NCBI GenBank assembly: GCA_046754245.1 | Contig: JBHHVL010000008.1 | Coordinates: 2,411-66,410, forward strand | Source of the DNA: Candidatus Binatia bacterium | Lineage (GTDB): Bacteria; Desulfobacterota; Binatia; UBA1149 | Direction: 5' to 3' | Length of the DNA: 64,000 nt | Shown here: positions 48,569 to 58,927 of the stretch, one piece after another | Layout of the letters: every line of letters begins with the position of its first letter | How positions within the stretch are numbered: position 1 is the stretch's first letter | The notes under the pieces: generated by a model | Seen by the model: only the letters and a program-made list of their open reading frames with translations | Databases searched by the model: none | Told to the model about the DNA's origin: nothing | Position numbers and translations under genes: made by a program

Positions 48569-51001
48569 GTGGCAAGGGCCAAGGCGGTGCGAAACAAGCT
48601 CGAAGCGGAGTCTCGGCTTCTGTACGAAGTAGAGGCCATCGTGTGTACGGCCTTGGGTCTGGTACTGGGGCTGAGTTTTCTTTCCTACGTGCCGGACTCG
48701 CCGGAACTCAACCAGGTGGGCCCGGTTGGCTACGCCGTAGCCAACGTCCTCATTCAGTGTCTGGGTTACGGCTCCTACCTTTTCCCGCTGCTGTTGATCT
48801 CGGGTGCGTTCGCGCTGTTCACGCGCCGTTCGGGATCCGTTTCTCCGGTTCGTTTTGTGGGGGCCGTCGCCCTGTTGTTGGTAGCCGCCGTTGCCTTGGG
48901 GCTCTACCGGCCCGACGTCGACCCGGCTCTGGCAGGTGGATGGGTTGGAGGTTTTCTCGCGACCCTTCTCCAGCAGGCTTTCGGTCAGGTGGGGTCGTGG
49001 GTCCTGGTCGTCGCCCTGGTGGCCCTCGTCTTCATCATGGTAACGGGACGTTCGCCATCGCAGACCGTGGCGCGTGCGGGGGGCGCGGTGATCGGGGTGA
49101 CGGTGGCCGCGGTTACGACTCTGGGCGAGAAGATAGAGATAGCCCTGCGGGCTCTCGGTTCGCTGATACTGGCGCTGAGACCTAGACTGCAGCGGCCGCT
49201 GGTGCGGCAGCAGAGCTCCTCTCTGGAGGCTCTGGCCCGAGAGGCTGTGCCGGAAATCGACAAGCCTCTGGTGTTTGGTGAAGAGGATCCGGTAGAGGTC
49301 GAGGAGCCGGTCACGATTGAAACGGAACGACCGAATTCGACGGTGCGCATCACACGCGCCAGCGAGTCGGTTGCCGAAGCGCGCGCGAAGCGCGACCAGC
49401 AGGTGGAAGAAGAGACCGACGACTTCCTGTTCGACGTCGACGACAGCGAATACGAACGGCCTCCGGTGGAGCTGCTGGGGAGCTCCGACGAGTGCGAAGA
49501 CGACGTCGATGAGGACACCCTCATAGGCCAGTCGAAGATCCTGGAGCAAAAGCTCGCTACCTTCGGAATTTCGGGAAGCGTTACAGCGGTTCGTTCCGGT
49601 CCCGTGATCACGACTTACGAGTTTGAACCCGACGCCGGTATCAAGGTGAGCCGCATCGTGAGCCTCTGTGATGACCTCACCATGGCGTTGCGCGCCCACG
49701 GAGTGAGGATAGTAGCCCCGATCCCCGGGAAGAACGTCGTCGGCATCGAGGTGTCCAATCGCCGCCGCGCCATAGTCGGTCTACGAGACCTCGTGGATAG
49801 CGATGAGTTCTTTCGCCTCGCGTCCACCCTGGGAGTGGTTCTGGGACGGGATACCACCGGTGTTCCCAGCTACGCGGATCTGGCCAAGATGCCCCATCTG
49901 CTGATGGCCGGTGCAACCGGTTCGGGAAAATCCGTCGCGCTCAATTCGATCATTCTCAGCATTCTCTTCAAGGCCACGCCAAGGGATGTACGGTTCATCA
50001 TGATCGATCCCAAGATGCTCGAACTCTCGGTCTACGAAGGTATACCCCACCTGCTGGTCCCGGTAGTCACCGACGTGAAGAAGGCAGCGGCCGCGCTCGC
50101 GAACGTCATGCGGGAGATGGACCGGCGCTTCGAGCTGATGAAGGATCTACGGGTTCGCAACATCGATGACTACAACCGGCGCATAGCCGAGCAGCAGGCT
50201 GAGGAAGAAGAGCTCGAGGAAGAAGAGCTCGAGGAAGAGGAAGAGTACGAGCTCGAGGAAGGCGAGGCCGGAGAGGAAGCCGAAGGCGACGAGGAAGAAG
50301 CGGAAGAAGAATACGAGCTCGAGGAGGAAGACGACGGCCTGCAGCACGAACACCTACCAAGGGTCGTGGTCATCGTCGACGAGCTCGCCGACCTGATGAT
50401 GACCGTCGGTCGGGAGGTCGAGGAGTCCATCACCCGTCTCGCCCAAAAGGCCCGAGCGGCGGGCATCCATCTCATCGTTGCTACCCAGAGGCCTTCTGTC
50501 GACGTTATTACGGGGCTCATAAAGGCGAACTTTCCGGCACGTATTTCGTTTCAAGTGACCTCTCGTCACGATTCCAAGACCATCCTCGACGCCGTCGGAG
50601 CTGAACGACTGCTGGGAATGGGAGACATGCTCTACCTCGCCCCGGGCACCTCGGTCCTCAGGCGGCTGCACGGTGCCTTCATCACCGAGAGGGAAACCAT
50701 CGCGGTGGTCGAGTTTCTCAGGCAACAGGGATCGCCGGAGTACCGGCTCGAGATGCTCGAGAGTCCGACGGACTCTGCCGACGACGTTGACGATGAGGAG
50801 TTCTTCGACGAACTCTATGACCGCGCCGTTGACGTGGTCACCCGGCACGGGCAGGGTTCTACGTCATGGGTTCAGCGTCAGCTGGGCATAGGGTACAACC
50901 GTGCGGCTCGTATCATGGAGCAGATGGAGCGCGAGGGTTTGGTAGGACCTGCAGACGGTTCGAGGCCACGCAAGGTGCTGGTTCCGACGGTCCACGGGTG
51001 A
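48569..51001 (+). CDS. ftsK: DNA translocase FtsK (SpoIIIE family) with poly-Glu insertion in motor domain
   Basis: N-terminal 4-5 TM. Walker A LMAGATGSGKSV, Walker B VVIVDELADLMM. C-terminal gamma wHTH (SWVQRQLGIGYNRAARIMEQME). ~50-aa E-rich segment (EEEELEEEELEEEEEYELEEGEAGEEAEGDEEEAEEEYELEEEDDG) between the Walker motifs. Confidence 0.9.
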   Translation: MARAKAVRNKLEAESRLLYEVEAIVCTALGLVLGLSFLSYVPDSPELNQVGPVGYAVANVLIQCLGYGSYLFPLLLISGAFALFTRRSGSVSPVRFVGAVALLLVAAVALGLYRPDVDPALAGGWVGGFLATLLQQAFGQVGSWVLVVALVALVFIMVTGRSPSQTVARAGGAVIGVTVAAVTTLGEKIEIALRALGSLILALRPRLQRPLVRQQSSSLEALAREAVPEIDKPLVFGEEDPVEVEEPVTIETERPNSTVRITRASESVAEARAKRDQQVEEETDDFLFDVDDSEYERPPVELLGSSDECEDDVDEDTLIGQSKILEQKLATFGISGSVTAVRSGPVITTYEFEPDAGIKVSRIVSLCDDLTMALRAHGVRIVAPIPGKNVVGIEVSNRRRAIVGLRDLVDSDEFFRLASTLGVVLGRDTTGVPSYADLAKMPHLLMAGATGSGKSVALNSIILSILFKATPRDVRFIMIDPKMLELSVYEGIPHLLVPVVTDVKKAAAALANVMREMDRRFELMKDLRVRNIDDYNRRIAEQQAEEEELEEEELEEEEEYELEEGEAGEEAEGDEEEAEEEYELEEEDDGLQHEHLPRVVVIVDELADLMMTVGREVEESITRLAQKARAAGIHLIVATQRPSVDVITGLIKANFPARISFQVTSRHDSKTILDAVGAERLLGMGDMLYLAPGTSVLRRLHGAFITERETIAVVEFLRQQGSPEYRLEMLESPTDSADDVDDEEFFDELYDRAVDVVTRHGQGSTSWVQRQLGIGYNRAARIMEQMEREGLVGPADGSRPRKVLVPTVHG

Positions 51002-51678
51002 AATCTCGGCTGGCGGGACTCCCGCGGGCCGCGTGTTCGACCGTCGCGTGGGTTCTGATCTCGGCCTCGTGCCAGGTGGCAGGTGCCGGACAGCCCTCCA
51101 CCGAAGGGCTGTGGTCCCTCTACCAGGACCACTGGCGGCAGGTACGCTCCTACAGCGCCGCTTTCTCCCAGAAGGTGTCGGTGCCCGGAATGGGCGCGGA
51201 GATCCGGAGCGGCGGCCACTTTTTCTTCTCGCGCCCGGACCTCATGCGCTGGGACTACGAGGACGGCAAAGGGCAGCTCGTGGTCGGCGACGGGACCTGG
51301 TTGTGGATCTATCAGCCGGAACTCGAGCAGGTCTACCGAATAGACTATCAAACGGCCTTCGGCCAGGCGGGATTGCTGGCGTTGTTGTCGGGGGACGGCG
51401 GATTTCGTGAACGCTACCACCTCTCTGCCAGCGAGAAAGACCAGGGAACGGTAGCGTTACGGCTTGCCTCACGCGACGAGTCTGGCGAAATCATCGATCT
51501 CGTGATCTCCTTGGACGGCTTTGACCTCGAGGCCGTGGTGGTCACCGACCCGGCAGGTTCGATTACCTCCACGGCCTTTTACGACGTCGCGCTCAACGAG
51601 GAGTTGGACATGGACCTGTTTCGTTTCAGCCCGCCCAGCGGAGTCGACGTGATTGATCAGTCGAGCCCAGGCCGCTGA
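50998..51678 (+). CDS. lolA: outer-membrane lipoprotein carrier protein LolA
   Basis: Signal peptide (VKSRLAGLPRAACSTVAWVLISASCQVAGA) then LolA fold (FSQKV...LMRWDYEDGKGQLVVGDGTWLWIY...). GTG start overlaps the ftsK stop (GTGA). The ORF track starts 44 codons earlier within ftsK. Confidence 0.75.
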   Translation: MKSRLAGLPRAACSTVAWVLISASCQVAGAGQPSTEGLWSLYQDHWRQVRSYSAAFSQKVSVPGMGAEIRSGGHFFFSRPDLMRWDYEDGKGQLVVGDGTWLWIYQPELEQVYRIDYQTAFGQAGLLALLSGDGGFRERYHLSASEKDQGTVALRLASRDESGEIIDLVISLDGFDLEAVVVTDPAGSITSTAFYDVALNEELDMDLFRFSPPSGVDVIDQSSPGR

Positions 51679-51719
51679 CGCTCCGGCGTCCGGCCCGTAT
51701 CGGTGCAGGGAGAATACGC

Positions 51720-52205
51720 ATGCCATCGTTCGATGTTGTTTCCAAGGTAGACTGGCACGAAGTGGATAACGCGCTCAACCAGGCGCGCAAGGAGGTCGAG
51801 CAGCGCTACGATTTCAAAGGCAGCGGAACGAGTATCGAGTTGCAGGAGCACTGCTTTACGATCGAATCGAGCGACGAGTACAAGGTCGCCGCCACGGTCC
51901 AGGTACTGGAGAGTCGCCTGGCACGGCGCAAGGTTCCGTTGGGAGTGCTCAAGAAGGAGGACCTGGAAAGCGCGTCGGGGGGCCGTTGCAGGCAGCGTAT
52001 CAGGCTGCGTTCGGGCCTGGAGGAGGATACGGCGAAGGCGATCGTGAAAGCGGTCAAGGGTCGCAAGCTCAAGGTTCAGGTTGCCATCCAGGGCGACAGT
52101 GTCCGCGTCAGCGGCAAGAAACGCGACGATCTGCAGGAAGTCATAGCGATGCTCCGCGACGGCGATTTCGACCAGCCCCTCCAGTTTGAAAACTACCGTG
52201 ACTGA
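51720..52205 (+). CDS. yajQ: YajQ family nucleotide (c-di-GMP)-binding protein (UPF0234)
   Basis: MPSFDVVSKVDWHEVDNALNQARKEVEQRYDFKGS, full-length 161 aa. Confidence 0.8.
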   Translation: MPSFDVVSKVDWHEVDNALNQARKEVEQRYDFKGSGTSIELQEHCFTIESSDEYKVAATVQVLESRLARRKVPLGVLKKEDLESASGGRCRQRIRLRSGLEEDTAKAIVKAVKGRKLKVQVAIQGDSVRVSGKKRDDLQEVIAMLRDGDFDQPLQFENYRD

Positions 52206-53592
52206 TCGCGCCCTCTCCGGACGGAGAACGGGACGCCGCAGGATATTCTTCGTCCCCCTGGGTTGCCCGAAAAACCAGGTAGACGGGGAGATCATGCTGG
52301 GCGGGGCAAAGGCGGCGGGCCACGAGGTCGTTTCGGATCCGAAGCTCGCCGACGTCTTGGTGGTCAATACCTGCGCGTTCATCGAGGAGGCGCGGGAGCA
52401 GTCGATACAGACCATTCTCAGCCTGGCGGGCATGAAAGAAAGAAACGGGGGGGCCAGGCTGATCGTCACCGGTTGCATGGCCGAACGCTACGCCCGGGAA
52501 CTCGCCGACGCGATGCCCGAGATCGACTGCCTCGTCGGAACCGGTTCTCTGGACCGCTTCAACGAAGCCCTCGAGGCGTCGGGCAGGGGAAGCTTTACCG
52601 GCCTGCGACACTACATGCCCACCGCCGGTACGAGAAGGGACGTGGACACCACCGAAGGGTGGGCCTACCTGAAGGTGTCCGAGGGATGTGACCACGACTG
52701 TTCCTTTTGTGTGATCCCGTCGTTCAAGGGTCGACACGAAAGCCGTTCCGTCGACGACGTGATCGCGGAAGCCGAGCTGCTGGTTGCTCGCGGCGTCGTC
52801 GAGGTCAATCTCGTAGCCCAGGACCTGAGTGCCTACGGGCGTGACATTGGTGAAAAGGAGGGCCTCGCCACCCTCCTTCACCGTTTGGGGAGGATTGACG
52901 GATTGCGGAGGATCAGGTGTTACTACCTGTATCCATCCACTCTGAGCGACGCGATTCTCGATGCGGTGAACGACGTCGAGAGCGTTTGTCCATACATCGA
53001 CATTCCACTGCAGCACGCCGACCACGAGGTGCTCCGTCTGATGCGCAGGGGCAGCGATGCTAGCCATCTCCGCGGCTTGATCGCCCGCGTTCGTGAGAAG
53101 GTGGATGGAGCGGTACTCCGTTCGGCTTTCATCGTCGGTTTCCCCGGGGAAACCGACGACGCTTTCGATCGACTCTACGACTTCGTAGGCGAGCTACGTT
53201 TCGATCGAATAGGGGTTTTCTGTTTTTCGCCGGAGGACGGGAGCTCGGCGGCGGGGTTGCCGAAGCCGGTTCCTCCGGCCCTGTCCAGGGAAAGGCGGGA
53301 CCGACTGCTCGCCCTGCAGGAATCGGTTTCCTACGAGCTCTTGGCGCAGCAGGTAGGGGTCAAGAAACAGGTACTGGTATGCGGAAAAGACGGTACCGGC
53401 GCGTGGTTCGGTCGTACCGATGCCCAGGGTCCCGAGGTCGACGGTGTCACCTGGCTGGACGGGGACCGTTCGACCTTGCGCGGCCGTATCGTCGAAGCTC
53501 GTGTCGGCGGGAGCGACGCTTACGATCTCTTTGCGATGGTCGAGGACGGCTGTCGGGAGGCGACTGTTGACCCGGATGGTTGTGACAACTAG
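52186..53592 (+). CDS. rimO: ribosomal protein S12 methylthiotransferase RimO (MiaB-like radical SAM MTTase)
   Basis: MTTase N-domain (FVPLGCPKNQVDGE), radical SAM CDHDCSFC, TRAM-like C-terminus. RimO-like FCFSPEDGSSAA. I cannot rule out a MiaB/MtaB paralogue. Confidence 0.7.
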   Translation: MKTTVTDRALSGRRTGRRRIFFVPLGCPKNQVDGEIMLGGAKAAGHEVVSDPKLADVLVVNTCAFIEEAREQSIQTILSLAGMKERNGGARLIVTGCMAERYARELADAMPEIDCLVGTGSLDRFNEALEASGRGSFTGLRHYMPTAGTRRDVDTTEGWAYLKVSEGCDHDCSFCVIPSFKGRHESRSVDDVIAEAELLVARGVVEVNLVAQDLSAYGRDIGEKEGLATLLHRLGRIDGLRRIRCYYLYPSTLSDAILDAVNDVESVCPYIDIPLQHADHEVLRLMRRGSDASHLRGLIARVREKVDGAVLRSAFIVGFPGETDDAFDRLYDFVGELRFDRIGVFCFSPEDGSSAAGLPKPVPPALSRERRDRLLALQESVSYELLAQQVGVKKQVLVCGKDGTGAWFGRTDAQGPEVDGVTWLDGDRSTLRGRIVEARVGGSDAYDLFAMVEDGCREATVDPDGCDN

Positions 53593-53607
53593 TTTGTCTG
53601 GCCCGAT

Positions 53608-54033
53608 ATGAGGAAACGAGAACGTCAGAAGTTCGAGTCCATGTTGCTGGAGATGCGCAGGGAGATCCTGCGGGAGATTCAGGCGGACGTCAAGCAGGGT
53701 CGCGAGGGGGAGCCCGGCGAAGGCCGTGATACCTATGACATCGCCAGCGACGAACGTGATCGGGAGATCAACCTGCTACTGGGGGACCGCGACCGGAGGA
53801 AGCTGCAGCAGGTAGACGTCGCCTTGCAACGTCTCGAGAATGGCGAATACGGTATATGCGAAGAGTGCGAAGGGGAGATCGCTTCTCCCCGGTTGGTGGC
53901 GATGCCGTTCTCTCGGCTCTGTGTTACCTGCCAGGACGAGTACGAGCAGACGCAGCGCACCCTGTATACCGATTCGATCAGCGCCATGCCGGCTCGTGAT
54001 CCCGTGGGCGAGAGCGACGACGAGACCCACTAG
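53608..54033 (+). CDS. DksA/TraR family C4-type zinc-finger protein
   Basis: Coiled-coil N-terminus. CEECEGEI...CVTCQ four-Cys finger. Confidence 0.7.
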   Translation: MRKRERQKFESMLLEMRREILREIQADVKQGREGEPGEGRDTYDIASDERDREINLLLGDRDRRKLQQVDVALQRLENGEYGICEECEGEIASPRLVAMPFSRLCVTCQDEYEQTQRTLYTDSISAMPARDPVGESDDETH

Positions 54034-54136
54034 GGTCCGATTGCCATCGGGGCTCGCCGGCGGTTTCGAACGTCGTTGTGTCCGGTCCGGGTAGGCGTAT
54101 AGCACCAAGGACCGCGCCGTGGTGCCAGGGTCCTAG

Positions 54137-54670
54137 CTAGCCGCTGTAGAGAGGATTGATCAGCATCGCTAGCCCCGGGCTCTCCAGGGTGAGAGACACG
54201 GCGCTCACCACGATGACCACTATCGCCACCAACATCATCGCTTCCAGACCGTCCGTCTGCAGCAACTCGCGAACCCCCCACCACAGCAGATAGAGCACGA
54301 GAAGGGTCGACAGTGGCCCGACCAAGGGCAGCACCCACGCCATGGCGGGCGCTGACGCGTAAGCGACCACGCGGAAGGCCTCTTCCGAATCGACCGAGGT
54401 TTCGAAAATGAAACGGGCGATCAGGACCACGGTCCCACACACGAGGACGGCGCGGACCGCCCCCACGACGATGAACCCCACGGCCGCGAAAGGTCCCAGC
54501 GTGAGCAGGGGTTTGACAGCCGCCACGCCGAGGACCATCAGGAGAAAGACGGCGGGCGCCTCGAGTCCACCGGATCTTGGCATGTTCGAAAAAAAGCGCC
54601 TTGGCTCCTTCGCCAGCCGTTCGCATATATCGCGACCGCTGGCTAAGGGGTGTTTTCTGTCGAAGTCCAT
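54137..54670 (-). CDS. Yip1-domain-like integral membrane protein (uncertain family)
   Basis: ~5 predicted TM helices after the N-terminus MDFDRKHPLASGRDI. Family assignment is by topology and length only. The ORF track starts 26 codons earlier (54748). Confidence 0.4.
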   Translation of the reverse strand: MDFDRKHPLASGRDICERLAKEPRRFFSNMPRSGGLEAPAVFLLMVLGVAAVKPLLTLGPFAAVGFIVVGAVRAVLVCGTVVLIARFIFETSVDSEEAFRVVAYASAPAMAWVLPLVGPLSTLLVLYLLWWGVRELLQTDGLEAMMLVAIVVIVVSAVSLTLESPGLAMLINPLYSG

Positions 54671-54793
54671 GGCGCGTACCCGGGAAATTGTTAAACATGG
54701 GCTGAGACTGAGCAAGTCGACGGCCGCAGACGGTTCGAGAAAGGCCACCGGGACGTGGGAGCTCCGGGGGGTTTGTGCTAGCTTTGGAGCCCT

Positions 54794-55555
54794 GTGGATA
54801 GGGCTGGTGAATCGGGCTACGGCTGGCTAAGCGAGGTATTCGTTTCCTACCAGGGCGAGGGTTCCCAGGTCGGCGAGAAACACGTATTCGTGCGCTTTGC
54901 GGGCTGTAATCTACGCTGTGCCTACTGCGACACCCCCGGTTCCCTGGAGAGGCTGGACGGCTGTCGCGTAGACTACCCCGGTGGCGAGAGCTGCAGCCTG
55001 ACAAACCCACTGTCGGCTGCCCAGCTAGACGACGTTCTGCGCAGGATCTGTGACGAGGACTCCGGCGTTCGCATGATAGCCATTACCGGTGGCGAGCCCA
55101 TGGTTCAGCATTCCTTCCTCGCCCGCTGGCTGAACGAGCTGCCTCCGCCGCGAGCCTGCCTCCTCGAGACCAACGCGACCATAGCCACTGACCTGGAGAG
55201 GATCGTCCCGCGTCTCGAGCTCGTGTCGGCCGACGTCAAGCTTCCATCGAACAGCGGGGAACCCGCGCTGTGGGAGCGTCACCGTGCCTTCCTAGCCGCC
55301 TGCGCTGCCACCCGGGTCTATGTGAAGGTGCCGGTTGACGCGGGTACCGATCCGGCGGAGGTCGAGTACGCCGCCGCCCTGATCGCCACGGTCTCGCCCG
55401 AGGCGACGCTTTACCTACAACCGATTACCCACCCGCAGACGGGTAGCTGGCAGATAGCGTGGGAGGGCGTGGAAGCCCTTCTCGGTCAGGCTGCGTCGCG
55501 GGTTGCTGACACCCGCTGTGTACCCCAGGTGCACAAGTTGATGGGGGTGCGTTAG
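54794..55555 (+). CDS. queE: 7-carboxy-7-deazaguanine synthase QueE (radical SAM)
   Basis: VFVSYQGEGSQVGEKHVFVRFAGCNLRCAYCDTP matches the QueE N-terminus (QGEG...FVRxAGCNLxCxxCD). GTG start. Confidence 0.8.
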   Translation: MDRAGESGYGWLSEVFVSYQGEGSQVGEKHVFVRFAGCNLRCAYCDTPGSLERLDGCRVDYPGGESCSLTNPLSAAQLDDVLRRICDEDSGVRMIAITGGEPMVQHSFLARWLNELPPPRACLLETNATIATDLERIVPRLELVSADVKLPSNSGEPALWERHRAFLAACAATRVYVKVPVDAGTDPAEVEYAAALIATVSPEATLYLQPITHPQTGSWQIAWEGVEALLGQAASRVADTRCVPQVHKLMGVR

Positions 55556-55557
55556 AG

Positions 55558-57183
55558 GTGGCCCCGTCGGACTGTCCCGGGTTGCGCTATCGCGAGGCCA
55601 CCTGGGAGCGCCTCCAGGAAGAGGTTTTTGACGTCTTCGTGATCGGCGGGGGTATCAACGGCGCTGCCGTTGCCCGGGACGCGGTCCTTCGGGGAATGTC
55701 GGTGGGACTGGCCGAGATGAACGATTTCGCTTCCGGTACCAGCAGCCGTTCCTCAAAGCTCATTCATGGTGGGGTGCGGTACATCGAACACGGCGAACTC
55801 GGCCTGGTTCTGGAGGCTTGCCGAGAACGCGATCTGTTGCGGACCCGCCTCGCGCCTCACCTCGTCCGCGGCCAGCGTTTCATCTTTCCGGTTTACGATG
55901 GCGATCCGGTTCCGGCTTGGCAGCTCAGAGCGGGACTCTTTCTCTACGACCTTCTCGCTTCGTTTCGCAACGTACAGAATCATAGCTGGCTCAGTCGTAA
56001 GGAGGTCGTGAACGAAGAGCCGGAACTCTTGGTGACGGGCCTCAAGGGCGGCGCTGCCTATTACGACTGCTGGACGGACGACGCGCGTCTCACTCTGGCG
56101 ACGATGTTGGCGGCGAGGGCTGGTGGCGCTGCGGTCCTGAACCACGCCGAGGTCGTCACCCTGGAGAAAGACAGCAGCGGTCGTCTCGCTTCGGCGCTGG
56201 TTCGTGATCGTCTGACAGACAGGCGAGCTACCGTGCGGGCTCGCGCTTTTGTCAACGTCGCGGGCCCCTGGCTGGACCGCGTACGCCGTTTCGACGACGC
56301 GGGGGCGCCTCCGCGTCTGCGGGCCACCAAGGGTGTTCACGCTGTCTTCGAACGAGCGCGAGTGGGCAACCGCAACGCCGTCGTTATACGGGGGGTAGAT
56401 GATGGCAGGGTGATGTTCGCCATTCCCTGGCAACGGCACGTCTTGGTCGGTACCACTGACACCTGGTACGACGGTGATCCGGCCGACGTCAAGGCCGAGC
56501 GCAGCGACGTGGACTACTTGCTGGCGTCGGTGAACCGAGCGTTTCCGAGGGCCGATCTGTGTACCCGCGACGTCACGAGCACCTACGCTGGACTGCGACC
56601 GCTGGTCGAGCCGGAAGATGAGCTGGACGAGTCGGAGGTAAGCAGGGACGACCGGATTTTTGAGAGTCCCTCGGGCCTCTTGTCCTTGGGCGGCGGGAAA
56701 TTGACGACTCACAGGCACGTCGCCGAGCGCATGGTCGATCGGGCCGCTGATTTCGTCGGACGTTCGGTGGGCGGCTGTCGCACCGCGGTGGTTCCGCTTC
56801 CGGGTGGGGCAGGAATAGAGGCGGGCGACGCGAGCGACGAGCCGCCCCGGTCGGCAGAGGAACACGTGAGAATGCGCTACGGTGCACTGGGTTCGGAACT
56901 CTCGGCCCGGGTGCGCCACGATCAAAGCCTCGGCCAGCCTCTCGCAGAGGACCTTCCGGATCTCAGGGCCGAACTGCTGCACGCGGTTGACCAGGAGATG
57001 GCGCTAACGGTCGAGGACGTTTTGACACGGCGGACCCACGTCACCCTCAAGAGTCAAGAAGCCGGTTCCCGGCTCGCCCGTTCGGTCGCCGAGTTGCTCG
57101 GTGCCCGGCTGGGCTGGGAACCCGAGCGTATCGCTGAAGAGAGCGAGGCCTACCTGTCGAGTCTGCCGCCGACCTTCGATTGA
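55558..57183 (+). CDS. glpD: FAD-dependent glycerol-3-phosphate dehydrogenase (GlpD/GlpA family)
   Basis: FDVFVIGGGINGAAVARDAVLRGMSVGLAEMNDFASGTSSRSSKLIHGGVRY. ~540 aa with C-terminal GlpD domain. Confidence 0.85.
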   Translation: MAPSDCPGLRYREATWERLQEEVFDVFVIGGGINGAAVARDAVLRGMSVGLAEMNDFASGTSSRSSKLIHGGVRYIEHGELGLVLEACRERDLLRTRLAPHLVRGQRFIFPVYDGDPVPAWQLRAGLFLYDLLASFRNVQNHSWLSRKEVVNEEPELLVTGLKGGAAYYDCWTDDARLTLATMLAARAGGAAVLNHAEVVTLEKDSSGRLASALVRDRLTDRRATVRARAFVNVAGPWLDRVRRFDDAGAPPRLRATKGVHAVFERARVGNRNAVVIRGVDDGRVMFAIPWQRHVLVGTTDTWYDGDPADVKAERSDVDYLLASVNRAFPRADLCTRDVTSTYAGLRPLVEPEDELDESEVSRDDRIFESPSGLLSLGGGKLTTHRHVAERMVDRAADFVGRSVGGCRTAVVPLPGGAGIEAGDASDEPPRSAEEHVRMRYGALGSELSARVRHDQSLGQPLAEDLPDLRAELLHAVDQEMALTVEDVLTRRTHVTLKSQEAGSRLARSVAELLGARLGWEPERIAEESEAYLSSLPPTFD

Positions 57184-57287
57184 AGCGTGGCTCCTCCCTG
57201 TCCCGGACGCCGCGGCTGAACCACCGTCAAGGGTAAAAATATTGACTTGACTCCCCCTATGGTTATGGTTTAGCGGGTCCGCTCGGA

Positions 57288-58352
57288 GTGTACCTTCCCT
57301 GCGGTCCTTCCACTATGACGACCCGGCCGCTGGTACTCGAAAAGAAGGACCTCGCTGAAATAGCTACCGAGTTTGGCTACGGAAAGCTTGCGTCCGGTTC
57401 GGGGCCCCTCGAAGGCTGGGGATACAAGCGCTACCGCCTGGTTACGGCCAAAGGACGCCTGGAAGTCAGGGTGCGGCGTTTCGACGAGGAGGTCGACATC
57501 CGGCGCGAGATCGACGTCTTGGCTTTCCTCGAGAAGCACGGGTTTCCGAGCCCTAGGGTGGTCTCCGACCGCCTTGGCAGGCAGTTCTTCGAACGCGACG
57601 GTCACTTTCTCGTCGTCTACAGGATCCCGCCGGGGGAGCACTGCAGGGAAGGGGAACTCAACGAGAGGCGAATTTACCGGGCGGGCCGCACGCTCAGTGA
57701 ACTTCACATGGTCTGCCGCGGATACAAGAAAGCGTCGGAGAGCCGCTTCGGCTTTGACAGCATATTTGAGACCTACGCGGAGGTACGTCGCCGTATCCCG
57801 CCCTACTTCAAGAAGATCGTCCGGACCTTCGACGAGGAGACCGAGTACCTGGGGAATTACCTCGAGACCAAGTTGCCCAAAGGATTCATCCACGGCGGGA
57901 TATATTGGGGCAACTTCGCCTTCAAGGGCGACTCGGTATCGTGCCTGTCGGATTTTGAGGAGGCGAGTCGCGGAAAATTCGTCTTCGATCTGGCCACGGC
58001 GGTCAACGCGTTGTGCTTTATCGACGGGGCCTTCCTGCTCGAGCGCTTCGAGCCCTTGATGGCCGGCTACGAGTCGCTCAGAACGCTGTCGCTCGCGGAG
58101 TGGGATTCGTTCCCGAACGAAATGCGGTTCGCCGCGCTGAAGTTCGGAGTGATGCGTTTGCACCAGTTCTTCGACGCCGGTGAGGGTGAAGCCGACAGAA
58201 TCAACGATGACTTTCGAGGTTTTCTGGAGCGCCTTCGCGTTCTCAGGCGAGAAAAAGACGGTGGGATGGAAAAGCTGCTCATGGCCATGGCGACCGGTTA
58301 CGATTATCGCAAGTACCAGCGCGTGAAGGCGGACGATCCGGATGCCGACTGA
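57288..58352 (+). CDS. aminoglycoside-phosphotransferase/choline-kinase-fold (APH, PF01636-like) protein with HGG in place of the HGD catalytic motif
   Basis: Kinase-like layout: Lys-containing N-lobe ([17 protein letters not shown]), Brenner-like [17 protein letters not shown]-like CLSDFEEAS. The catalytic Asp position reads Gly in my alignment. Confidence 0.5.
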   Translation: MYLPCGPSTMTTRPLVLEKKDLAEIATEFGYGKLASGSGPLEGWGYKRYRLVTAKGRLEVRVRRFDEEVDIRREIDVLAFLEKHGFPSPRVVSDRLGRQFFERDGHFLVVYRIPPGEHCREGELNERRIYRAGRTLSELHMVCRGYKKASESRFGFDSIFETYAEVRRRIPPYFKKIVRTFDEETEYLGNYLETKLPKGFIHGGIYWGNFAFKGDSVSCLSDFEEASRGKFVFDLATAVNALCFIDGAFLLERFEPLMAGYESLRTLSLAEWDSFPNEMRFAALKFGVMRLHQFFDAGEGEADRINDDFRGFLERLRVLRREKDGGMEKLLMAMATGYDYRKYQRVKADDPDAD

Positions 58353-58372
58353 CCCGATCCGGGAGGAGCGTC

Positions 58373-58912
58373 GTGATCGAAGAAAGCGTAAGGAAGATCA
58401 TCGCCGGTCTTGGGGAAGACCCGGACAGGGAGGGGCTTATCAAGACCCCTGAGCGGGTCGCTCGCAGCCTCGAGTTTCTTACCAACGGATACGGGCAGGA
58501 TCCGAAGGAGATCCTCGGCGACGCTCTGTTCATCGAGGACTACTCGGAGATGATCATCGTGCGTGACATCGACTTTTTTTCCCTATGCGAGCACCACATG
58601 CTGCCCTTCTACGGGATGGCGCACGTGGCCTACGTGCCCAATCGACACATAGTCGGTATCAGCAAGATAGCACGCATGGTCGAGTGCTTCGCGCGGCGCC
58701 TACAGGTCCAGGAAAGAATGACCTCGCAGATCGCCGCTATGCTCAACGACTCGCTCGATCCCATGGGGGTGGGGGTCGTTATACGAGCGGAGCACATGTG
58801 CATGCGCATGCGGGGAGTGCAGAAGCCCAACTCGGAAGTAGTGACGAGTTCTCTGCTGGGCGTGTTCAAGAAGAGGGATACGCGACAGGAGTTCATGAAC
58901 CTTTTGCACTGA
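58373..58912 (+). CDS. folE: GTP cyclohydrolase I FolE
   Basis: [54 protein letters not shown] is the FolE core. Confidence 0.9.
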   Translation: MIEESVRKIIAGLGEDPDREGLIKTPERVARSLEFLTNGYGQDPKEILGDALFIEDYSEMIIVRDIDFFSLCEHHMLPFYGMAHVAYVPNRHIVGISKIARMVECFARRLQVQERMTSQIAAMLNDSLDPMGVGVVIRAEHMCMRMRGVQKPNSEVVTSSLLGVFKKRDTRQEFMNLLH

Positions 58913-58927
58913 AGCCTGGGATGGAGA

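Noticed and set aside
50160-50345. Tandem nucleotide repeats (gaagaagagctcgagga...) considered as a possible CRISPR/VNTR-type array
   Set aside because: They lie in-frame inside ftsK and encode a poly-Glu segment. No spacer-repeat structure and no cas genes. Treated as a coding low-complexity insertion instead.
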